From NCBI GenBank assembly GCA_964475835.1, contig CAYYYL010000003.1:69264-133263 (forward strand): a DNA stretch of 64,000 nucleotides, read 5' to 3'. The notes under the pieces were generated by a model. The model was given only the letters and a program-made list of their open reading frames with translations, did not search any database and was not told the DNA's origin. The stretch is from an uncultured Verrucomicrobiota bacterium. Its GTDB lineage: Bacteria > Verrucomicrobiota > Verrucomicrobiia > JABWAM01. This document shows positions 27,920 to 36,375 of this stretch, piece by piece; position 1 is the first letter of the stretch, and each line of letters opens with the position of its first letter. The position numbers and the translations under genes are program-made.

Positions 27920-29692
27920 TCAATAGGGAATGGGGGTCTTGAGGGTGGCTTTCAGGACATAAGCAAAGCTCCAGTCTTCCTCCTCTGGGGTACCGGTCTC
28001 CACAATCTGGACGGAACTGAAATAAGGGGATTCCAAAAGCTGCTTCTCAAAATCGTTGATCAATTGATAGGGCTTGTCGGATTCCCGGTTGTTGATGCAC
28101 AACCCGCGAATCTCAAATTCCGTGATTCCCTTGAATTCCGTTTTCGCCGCCGGAACCGCCTCGGGAGGGGGGGCTCCTCGCTGCCGTCTTCCCGGGGCAC
28201 TTGCAGGAGATGATCCGACACCCCCTGTAATCGGAATGGGCTTTCCATTGCTCTGGGGAATGAGTTGGGTGATCCAGACCAAGGGGGGCACCCGGTGATT
28301 GATGTCATTGAAAAATTCGATCCAGAAATACCGAAGACGGACCACGCCCTGGAGCTGTTCGGTATCACGCGAAGTGCTCGTCGCCAGGGCTTCCGCATTT
28401 TCCAACTGACTCTTGATGACAGACAGCTGTTGAACCTCGGAAGTCACCTCATTCAAATGCTTCGAAAGAAGCTGGGTGATTTTCCAATAGTAAAGATACC
28501 AGCACCACACCATCACTAGAACCCCCGCAAGTACGGCTCCGAAAAACGGCATTTTTTTCAGCAACTGCCGACGGCGTTGAATCGAAGGGGGCACGAGATT
28601 GATCTCGATCGGACACTCGGTCGCCATGCGAAGGCCCAGACCGATCACCTCCCCCATGGAGTGAGCCACTTCTTCGAGCTTTTGACGAAAAGCCTCCTTC
28701 TGAGCCGCGTCCTGAGGGAATTCAACCGCCACATTTTGGAAGGGATGGAGATATTCGATCTCGAGCTCCATCTTCTCCTTGAAGAAAAAGTCCGTGTAGG
28801 AGGTGATCGAGGCCCCACCCGACAAAAGGAGTTTGGTGGGCGCTGTGCCCCCCTGCTGTTGTCGGAAGAAATTGATGGACCGGGCAATTTCAGCATGAAG
28901 GCGCGTCATCACATTGCGAATCAACTTGCTCAACTTCGCGGCGGACTCCAGCTCCGGTTCTTCATACGCCCCGCCCAGTCCGCAAAACCCCTGACGGACC
29001 TTCAATGAATCCGCTTCAGCAAACGGGATCTCGAATTCCTGAATGATGCTCTGAGTGATCGAATTTCCTGCAATGGGAATGCTGCGGGTGAAGATCTTGT
29101 TCGGTTGGATGAAAATCAAATTGGTCGTACGGGCCCCGATATCCACCACCAGGGTGCACCCCTTGTTCATTTCATAATTGTAGAGTGCGGCATTGTAGAG
29201 CGCGAGCGGGGCCACATCCACGATCTCGACCTGTAGTCCGGCCTCCTCACATGCCTGACTGATCCCCTCAATGATCTCACTTTTGATCGCAACGAGAATC
29301 ACCTCCATCTCGGTCTGGTCCTTCTTCCCCAGGACCTGGAAGGTCCAGACCAGTTCCTCGATCGGGAAAGGAACATTCTGCGCCGCCTCCACACGGACCA
29401 TCTGCCGGATCTTGTCCTCTTCCGCGGCAGGCAGCTTCATGAAGCGCGTAAGCACCGCCTGGCCTGATACCGAGATCGCCGCCCTGCGGGTTCGAAAATT
29501 CGCCCCGGCAAGAAGCTTCTTCAACCCCTCCGCGATCGCCGCGTTCCGGTTTTCGTCCGAAGACGGATTCACGTCGAGCGTCTGATGCGCAAAATTGACG
29601 AGGGTCAGATTTCCATTTCCCGTGGAGGTGAATTCGCCCGCCTTGATGGTGCTCGCACCGATATCAATACCGAGGAAGCGCTGCACACTCAT
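27920..29692 (-). CDS. pilM: Fused PilM-PilN type IV pilus assembly protein
   Basis: N-terminal actin-like ATPase fold (LGIDIGASTIKAGEF…DIGARTTNLIF…) of about 350 aa. TM helix (FFGAVLAGVLVMVWCWYLYYW). PilN-like periplasmic C-terminal domain. Confidence 0.8.
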   Translation of the reverse strand: MSVQRFLGIDIGASTIKAGEFTSTGNGNLTLVNFAHQTLDVNPSSDENRNAAIAEGLKKLLAGANFRTRRAAISVSGQAVLTRFMKLPAAEEDKIRQMVRVEAAQNVPFPIEELVWTFQVLGKKDQTEMEVILVAIKSEIIEGISQACEEAGLQVEIVDVAPLALYNAALYNYEMNKGCTLVVDIGARTTNLIFIQPNKIFTRSIPIAGNSITQSIIQEFEIPFAEADSLKVRQGFCGLGGAYEEPELESAAKLSKLIRNVMTRLHAEIARSINFFRQQQGGTAPTKLLLSGGASITSYTDFFFKEKMELEIEYLHPFQNVAVEFPQDAAQKEAFRQKLEEVAHSMGEVIGLGLRMATECPIEINLVPPSIQRRRQLLKKMPFFGAVLAGVLVMVWCWYLYYWKITQLLSKHLNEVTSEVQQLSVIKSQLENAEALATSTSRDTEQLQGVVRLRYFWIEFFNDINHRVPPLVWITQLIPQSNGKPIPITGGVGSSPASAPGRRQRGAPPPEAVPAAKTEFKGITEFEIRGLCINNRESDKPYQLINDFEKQLLESPYFSSVQIVETGTPEEEDWSFAYVLKATLKTPIPY

Positions 29693-29725
29693 AGTTCTGG
29701 AATCCGATCGGGATACATGAATCCT

Positions 29726-30355
29726 TTACAAGGAGGAGGAGGATGCCTGTTTAACCTGTTCGTAGTGGTCCACGTAGGCTGGAAACCACGGAGACTGGAG
29801 GAAGTTGAGCAACAATCCAGGTCGCGGCTGCTTCTTTTCCCAGAATCGACCATGCTCCTCACTTTTCATCCACTTGGTCTCCTGGAGCACTCCCTTGTAG
29901 TAAACCTGGACCACCACATCCTGAATGAATTTGTCCACCCCCGTAGGTTCATATTTCTTGACCGTATTGGCATCGAGAAAAACCGGCACCAGGGCATGGC
30001 GGGCACTTCCCACATTTCGGGGAACATTGGAAACCGTCACGGATGCGGATAATACATCGTAACCGTCCTCGGGAGCATTCTTCACGGTGCTTCCATAAAA
30101 GGCGGCCACAAAAAATTTAACGGTGATCTCATCTGCCCACTCAGGTGCCACCTGCAGATCCGCCTCGACGACAAGCCATCGTTTGCTCGGATCCACCGTG
30201 GGGAGGGCCCCCTGAAGAGAATACCGGGGAGCCGGAGTCAACGTGGCGTCAATCTTCTTCACTTTCACATCCGCGTCATTCCCATGGTCATTTTGCGCGA
30301 CGACGGCGTTTAGAAAAAGCCCAAGACAGAAGAGTACCAGCATAGTGTGCTTCAC
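29726..30355 (-). CDS. Secreted hypothetical protein, first gene of the pil-like operon (possible pilin-like subunit)
   Basis: Signal peptide MKHTMLVLFCLGLFLNAVVAQ. 209 aa. No family recognised. Confidence 0.45.
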   Translation of the reverse strand: MKHTMLVLFCLGLFLNAVVAQNDHGNDADVKVKKIDATLTPAPRYSLQGALPTVDPSKRWLVVEADLQVAPEWADEITVKFFVAAFYGSTVKNAPEDGYDVLSASVTVSNVPRNVGSARHALVPVFLDANTVKKYEPTGVDKFIQDVVVQVYYKGVLQETKWMKSEEHGRFWEKKQPRPGLLLNFLQSPWFPAYVDHYEQVKQASSSSL

Positions 30356-30549
30356 GCCAAACCTCCTTGTGGGATTGTCAAAGTGAAACCATCGCGTTTT
30401 GCGAATTCCAATTTAACAACCTGATCCTGAAGCGGATATAAACGTCCACAAGCCGCGTTGACAAGAGAATTATCCTCCCTGCGTCGAAAAAATAAGCGGG
30501 GCGAATAAAATCACAAGTGAGCGGGCTTCCAGAATCAAATCCCGAACGC

Positions 30550-31932
30550 TTAGGGCAGTTTTGTTTTCGAAAAATATTGGAGCAAGGCATCGAGAATTTC
30601 GCCATTAGGCACATCCACCAACACCACAGTACGGCCAAACAGGGTGATATTCTGTTTCTGCGAATTGACGGTGAAAAACACCGAGTCCGTTGAAACAGAG
30701 GCGCCCGCCCCCCCTGCATTGGCCAACTTGTAGCGCTGGTGAAACAATTCGTCCAGGGCGTTGAAAAACTCCCGCGCATCCCGGGGAGTGTCCCACACGG
30801 TTTCCCACACGAGCACCCAGCGATCAGCTCCCGTATCATAAACTACATAGCGATCCCCACCCCATCCTTCCGCCGCTTTTTCCGTCTTATCCGCTCCCAG
30901 AACTTCGCACAGGAGGGAACGCACCCCCAACTCCCCCACAACATTCTCCTGAAGCTTTTTCCATCCTCCCTGCACCTTAAAGTGAAACTCCACGGGATAG
31001 GGGCGATCCCTTGGTGTTTGGCAATATTTCTCTGGGTGGAGGATCTGCTCGGAGCTTTCGGGGGGACTCTGGAAGGCCTCGTCAATCGCGGCATTCCCAC
31101 CCCGGGCGTGAAGCGCGGCGGCAAAATTCTGTCCCGCTTCATATGGAAAAAGAAGGGAATCGCGGATATACGCCGGCGCCGCCTGAATCTGCTCCATCGG
31201 CTGTATGAAGAGTTCATTCAAATCCCCAAGCCACTCCTGGGCATTGTAGTTCTGTCGCAAATACACCCCCATCTGATAAGTCGCATCCCCCTCCACCAGT
31301 GCGGAAGCGGCCAGGGCAAGGTCGTCATTATCCTTCGCGCGCAGGGGAAGCTTCAACAACCCGAACCGCTGGTCCTGCAGGGCATGAACCAGTTCATGCG
31401 CAAGAATCATGCGTTCCATGTTGTTGTTCAAATTGAACTCCGGGAACGTATAAAGATCCTGGGTATCCTGATCGTAAAAAGCGGCGACCTGCTCGGTCAG
31501 AAGGCTCGTCACCGTTTTCATGAGATCCAGGTTGCGTGGAATCAACCCCATGCGCTGCAGCGCTGCTTCGTAGTTTTTGAACTCCTCCGCGGAATATTGA
31601 ATCCCCAGCTTGGAAACAATGTAGGCCTTCAATTCATCCCGGGAAATCTGTTTGTACGCCACGGGATGTTGAAACGGCAGTTCGCGGATTTCGCTGATCC
31701 CCTTCTCGATGGCCCTCGTCGTCACCGCCCTCTGTGCCACACGGGTTTCATGATCCATCTGCTCCTTCAATTCCCGATTGTGACGAACCGTTCCCAGGAG
31801 TTTGATCTGCACGCGAACATCCTCTTCACGAAGCTTCTCCAGATATGCCGCTCGACTCGCCACCCAATAAGCGATACACAGGAGCCCAACCCCCAGTGCC
31901 CAAACGAGCCAACGATTTGCGCGCTTTGACAT
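30550..31932 (-). CDS. Membrane-anchored HExxH zinc-metallopeptidase-like protein (peptidase MA-clan-like)
   Basis: N-terminal TM (WLVWALGVGLLCIAYWV). ILAHELVHALQDQ (HExxH) followed about 20 residues later by EGDATY (third-ligand Glu, gluzincin-like). Confidence 0.55.
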   Translation of the reverse strand: MSKRANRWLVWALGVGLLCIAYWVASRAAYLEKLREEDVRVQIKLLGTVRHNRELKEQMDHETRVAQRAVTTRAIEKGISEIRELPFQHPVAYKQISRDELKAYIVSKLGIQYSAEEFKNYEAALQRMGLIPRNLDLMKTVTSLLTEQVAAFYDQDTQDLYTFPEFNLNNNMERMILAHELVHALQDQRFGLLKLPLRAKDNDDLALAASALVEGDATYQMGVYLRQNYNAQEWLGDLNELFIQPMEQIQAAPAYIRDSLLFPYEAGQNFAAALHARGGNAAIDEAFQSPPESSEQILHPEKYCQTPRDRPYPVEFHFKVQGGWKKLQENVVGELGVRSLLCEVLGADKTEKAAEGWGGDRYVVYDTGADRWVLVWETVWDTPRDAREFFNALDELFHQRYKLANAGGAGASVSTDSVFFTVNSQKQNITLFGRTVVLVDVPNGEILDALLQYFSKTKLP

Positions 31933-34156
31933 GAAGCCTTCTCTTAACAGTCTTAAGGAAAGAATCCAAAACCTTCTTTCCGCACCCGGTTATAAACCGA
32001 TGCGAATCAGCGAGGTGATCAACGCCCTCAAGATCCCCCCTGCAGCCCGCAAAGACGTCACCCGCACCCTTGACCGACTTCTCCAGGAGGGCGTCATCGT
32101 GCGCATCCGCAAGGATCGCCTCGTCCTCCCCTCCGAAGCCGACCTCGTCACAGGTCGCATTGAAATGCATGAACGAGGATTCGGATTTGTCACTCCGGAA
32201 ACCATCGGAAATCAAAAGCCCACCGAGGATATCTTCATTCCCGCTGAGGATACCTGGGTCGCCATGAACAAGGACCGAGTCGTCGTCCGCATCCACCACC
32301 GCTTCGTGGAGGATCGTTCCCGAATGGGCAAGCACCTGAACAAGCCCTACAAACGCATTGGCCGTGTCATTCGCATCCTTGAACGCGCCCATCCCACCCT
32401 CACCGGCATCCTTCAACGCAGCCAGCACTTCCATTACGTCGCCCCGGATGATCCACGCATTGGAAGGGATATTTACACAAACTTACGTAATAACCCACTC
32501 AAAGCCAAAGTGGGCGACCGGGTGGTGGTCAAACTTCACGAATGGAACAACCGGCATATTAATCCGGAAGGAACCATTACCGAGGTTCTTGGAAGCTCGG
32601 ATGATCCCAGCCTTGACGTTCTTGTCATTGTGCGAAAATTCGGTTTTCGGGTTGATTTCCCCCAGGAAGTGTTGGATCAGGCGGAACGAATTGAGGAACG
32701 CGTTTCCGACGAGGAACGCGAGACACGCCTCGACCTGACCGACGACCTGGTGATCACCATCGATCCGGACGACGCACGGGACTACGACGACGCGCTATCC
32801 CTGAAAAAACTTTCCGCAGACCGACTTCTGCTCGGCGTTCACATCGCCGATGTCAGCCACTATGTCCGCCACGGCACTCCGCTGGACGTTGAGGCCAGGG
32901 AGCGCGGCAATAGCATTTATCTCCCCGATCGGGTCATCCCCATGCTCCCGCAGAAGCTCTCCAACGGCATCTGCTCGCTCAAGCAGGACGTGGAGCGCCT
33001 CACCTTCTCGGCTCTGTTTGAAATCAGTCCCGAAGGTCAGATCCACGCAGTGCGTTTTGCCGACACGATCATCCGGTCCGCAGCCCGCCTCACCTATCGA
33101 CAGGCCCTGGCGGAGCTCGAACCCAAACCAGGTCAACCCTCGGCCCAGCCCCCCGAGATTGCAGCTTTGCTCCGGCAGCTTTGGTCCCTTGCCTCCAGAC
33201 TTCGTAAAAAGCGTTTTACCGAGGGATCGCTCGAACTCGATTTTCCCGAACTCAAGGTCTATTGCGACGAACGCGGTCTTGCCGACCGGATCGAAAAAAC
33301 CGAGAACGATATCTCTCACCAACTGGTCGAGGAATTCATGCTCCTGGCCAATGAAGCCGTCGCCGCCGAAACCCAGCGTCGCACCGCCCCCAGCCTCTAT
33401 CGCATCCACGAGGATCCGGATCCCGAACGCCTGGATGAATACCGAGACCTTGCGGCTTCCATGGGATATCCCATGGGCGACCCCACCCTCCGCGGTGAAA
33501 TCCAGCGCTTTTTAAAACGCCTCCACGGAAAACCCGACGAATACATCCTCAAGCTCAATCTCCTCAAATCGTTGAAACGGGCGCAATATTCGACAAGTCC
33601 CATCGGACATTTCGGACTCGCCAAAGCCAATTACACCCATTTCACCAGCCCCATCCGGCGTTATGCAGACCTCATCGTGCACCGTGTGCTGCGTCGCATC
33701 CTGCAAAAGCGCAAACCGCAGGGCACAGGCTATCCCCCGTACGATGTGGCGGCTCTCGAGGTCATCGGACACCACTGCTCCACCACCGAGCGCGTCGCGG
33801 ATGAGGCGGAAAAGGAAGCGGTGAAATTGAAGCTCATCGAGTACTTCGAGCGCCAGCTCCACGAACACAAGCTCGACAGTTTCGAAGCACTCGTCACCGA
33901 CGTGAGAAACTTCGGCCTCTTCGTCGAGCTCCCCGCCTTCATGCTCTCCGGACTCGTCCACGTCTCCACGCTTCACGACGATTTCTACCAATTTGACCCC
34001 ACAGCCCAAAAACTGATGGGCAAAAAGTCCAAACGCGTCCTCCGCGCAGGAGACAAGGTGCGCGTCGAAGTCGATCGCGTCGACCGACTCAAAAAACAGG
34101 TCGATTTCCGATTATCCGAGGAAATCGAGCGCTCACCCCGAAAGAAATCGAAGTGA
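31931..34156 (+). CDS. rnr: Ribonuclease R
   Basis: RNB catalytic domain (HFGLAKANYTHFTSPIRRYADLIVHR). C-terminal S1 domain and basic tail (RKKSK). 741 aa. Confidence 0.9.
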   Translation: MKPSLNSLKERIQNLLSAPGYKPMRISEVINALKIPPAARKDVTRTLDRLLQEGVIVRIRKDRLVLPSEADLVTGRIEMHERGFGFVTPETIGNQKPTEDIFIPAEDTWVAMNKDRVVVRIHHRFVEDRSRMGKHLNKPYKRIGRVIRILERAHPTLTGILQRSQHFHYVAPDDPRIGRDIYTNLRNNPLKAKVGDRVVVKLHEWNNRHINPEGTITEVLGSSDDPSLDVLVIVRKFGFRVDFPQEVLDQAERIEERVSDEERETRLDLTDDLVITIDPDDARDYDDALSLKKLSADRLLLGVHIADVSHYVRHGTPLDVEARERGNSIYLPDRVIPMLPQKLSNGICSLKQDVERLTFSALFEISPEGQIHAVRFADTIIRSAARLTYRQALAELEPKPGQPSAQPPEIAALLRQLWSLASRLRKKRFTEGSLELDFPELKVYCDERGLADRIEKTENDISHQLVEEFMLLANEAVAAETQRRTAPSLYRIHEDPDPERLDEYRDLAASMGYPMGDPTLRGEIQRFLKRLHGKPDEYILKLNLLKSLKRAQYSTSPIGHFGLAKANYTHFTSPIRRYADLIVHRVLRRILQKRKPQGTGYPPYDVAALEVIGHHCSTTERVADEAEKEAVKLKLIEYFERQLHEHKLDSFEALVTDVRNFGLFVELPAFMLSGLVHVSTLHDDFYQFDPTAQKLMGKKSKRVLRAGDKVRVEVDRVDRLKKQVDFRLSEEIERSPRKKSK

Positions 34157-34226
34157 TCAACCAGAAATGGGGAAGAAGGAAAAAATCCTCTATTTTTTCG
34201 TCGTTCGGGATGCTACTGATTCTTGA

Positions 34227-34976
34227 ATGAAACTTCTGATATTAGCTGCGGGCTACGCGACCCGCCTCTACCCCCTCACCCTGAACCAGCCGAAACCCCT
34301 TCTGCCCGTGGCCGGAAAGCCGATGGTCGATCATGTGATCGATAAATTCGACCGCTGTCCCGAGATCGACGAAATATTTGTCGTCACGAACAACAAATTT
34401 TCCGGACACTTTGAGGATTGGGCGGCTCAAAAGGGCCCGCAACCCGGACGCAAGATCCGCATCTTCAACGATCGCACGACCTCCGACCAGGACAAACTCG
34501 GCGCTATCGGGGACATCCATTTCGTAATGGAACAAACGAAGCTCGATGACGACCTCATCATTGTCGCGGGCGACAATCTCTTTGGTGGCGATTTAAGCGA
34601 TTATGTACGCACCGCAAAAGCAAAGGGTGCCCTCATCGGCGTGTATGATGTCAAAAACCTCGAAGAGATCAAAAAGTACAACAACATCACACTCGATGAA
34701 ACAGGTCGCGTGGTGGAATTCGAGGAAAAGCCCCGACAACCGAAGAGCACCATCACTGCGATCGCGCTCTATCACTACCCGCGCAGCACCCTTTCCCTCA
34801 TCCGTCAATACATCGCGGAAGGGAACAATCCGGATCAGCCGGGACGGCTCGTCCAATGGCTCTTTCCCCGCATCCCCGTCTACACGCACCTGATCAAGGG
34901 CCAATGGCTCGACATCGGGAGCAAGGAGACCTATGAGGAGGCGAATAAATTGTTTGCGAACTTGAAGGATTCGTGA
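34227..34976 (+). CDS. Sugar-phosphate nucleotidyltransferase (NTP_transferase domain)
   Basis: MKLLILAAGYATRLYPLTLNQPKPLLPVAGKPMVDHVI is the G-x-G-T-R-L/PK motif of glucose-1-P thymidylyl/uridylyl-transferase-like enzymes. Confidence 0.8.
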   Translation: MKLLILAAGYATRLYPLTLNQPKPLLPVAGKPMVDHVIDKFDRCPEIDEIFVVTNNKFSGHFEDWAAQKGPQPGRKIRIFNDRTTSDQDKLGAIGDIHFVMEQTKLDDDLIIVAGDNLFGGDLSDYVRTAKAKGALIGVYDVKNLEEIKKYNNITLDETGRVVEFEEKPRQPKSTITAIALYHYPRSTLSLIRQYIAEGNNPDQPGRLVQWLFPRIPVYTHLIKGQWLDIGSKETYEEANKLFANLKDS

Positions 34977-35067
34977 GATTTTTTCGCCCTTGCCCCTTTT
35001 GGGGAAATGACGGGGTGGCTCCGTAACACGGGGCCATCCGTCCTCACTTCCAATTCATACACCCATT

Positions 35068-36246
35068 ATGTCACGTCGTTATATTTTCTCATCCGAATCC
35101 GTCACCGAGGGACATCCCGATAAAGTTTGCGATACCATTTCGGACAGCATCCTCGACGCCTGCATGAAACAGGACAAGCACAGTCGAGTCGCCTGTGAGA
35201 CGCTTACCAAATCAAATCTCGTGGTCGTCGCGGGTGAAATCACCACGCATGCCGACCTCGACTATCCCCAGATCGTCAAAGGCGCCATCGAGGAAATCGG
35301 CTATACGGACGACCACTGTGTCTTCAATCACAAGACCTTCCAGATCCTCACCTCCATTCTCTGCCAGAGCCCGGATATCGCCCAAGGGGTGGACGCCCGC
35401 AAGGCGGAGGGCAAGGCCACGGGCGAACAAGGTGCCGGGGATCAGGGACTGATGTTCGGTTTCGCCTGCAATGAAACCCCCGAACTCATGCCCGCCCCCA
35501 TTGTGTACGCGCACAAACTGAGCCGCGCCCTCGCGAAAGCCCGGAAATCCGGCAAAATCAAATGGCTCGGGCCGGATGCCAAGACGCAGGTCTCGGTGGA
35601 ATATGAAGGCCATAGGGTCCTCCGGATTGACGCCGTCGTGGTTTCCACCATGCATCATGACAACGTGAAGCACCGCGTGATCCACGATACCATTTTGCGC
35701 GAAATCATTCTCAAGACCCTGCCCGGCCGTCTCCTCGACAAAAAGACGCGCTATCTCGTCAATCCCACGGGGCGCTTCGTCGTCGGAGGTCCCGAGGGGG
35801 ATGCGGGCGTGACCGGACGCAAGATCATCGTCGACACCTACGGCGGCATGGGCCGTCACGGCGGTGGCGCCTTCTCCGGAAAGGATCCCTCGAAGGTGGA
35901 TCGCAGCGCTGCCTACATGGGCCGATACGTGGCCAAGAACGTCGTCGCTGCCGGTCTTGCCGACCGTTGTGAGGTTCAGTTCGCCTATGCGATCGGCTAC
36001 CCCGAACCTGTCTCGCTTTGCGTGGACACTTTTGGCACCGGTCGCGTTCCGGATCGCAAGATCGAAAACGCCATTCGCGACATCTTCAGCTTCAAGCCCG
36101 CCAACATCATCAAGCAGCTTGATCTGCTGCGTCCGATCTACCGCAAGACTACCAATTACGGTCACTTCGGGCGAGAGGATGATCTCAAAGCCTTGAGTTG
36201 GGAACGCCGCGACAAGGCCAAAGAGCTGGCACGACTTTTGAAGTAG
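35068..36246 (+). CDS. metK: S-adenosylmethionine synthetase
   Basis: [44 protein letters not shown], 392 aa. Confidence 0.95.
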   Translation: MSRRYIFSSESVTEGHPDKVCDTISDSILDACMKQDKHSRVACETLTKSNLVVVAGEITTHADLDYPQIVKGAIEEIGYTDDHCVFNHKTFQILTSILCQSPDIAQGVDARKAEGKATGEQGAGDQGLMFGFACNETPELMPAPIVYAHKLSRALAKARKSGKIKWLGPDAKTQVSVEYEGHRVLRIDAVVVSTMHHDNVKHRVIHDTILREIILKTLPGRLLDKKTRYLVNPTGRFVVGGPEGDAGVTGRKIIVDTYGGMGRHGGGAFSGKDPSKVDRSAAYMGRYVAKNVVAAGLADRCEVQFAYAIGYPEPVSLCVDTFGTGRVPDRKIENAIRDIFSFKPANIIKQLDLLRPIYRKTTNYGHFGREDDLKALSWERRDKAKELARLLK

Positions 36247-36375
36247 CCCCTGCCCCGTGGACGACTCGGACGCGTCCGCTCTGAAAGGTGAAATGGAGGA
36301 GTGACTTGTTGCTTGTGACCAGCATTCAAATAGTGTGTCTTTCAACTTTCAACCCTCCGCTTTCCACCTTGTTCC

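Noticed and set aside
36257-36278. Palindrome GGACGACTCGGACGCGTCCG after metK as a possible intrinsic terminator
   Set aside because: A perfect 12-bp palindrome (CGGACGCGTCCG) is present but has essentially no loop and no downstream U-tract. It was not called.
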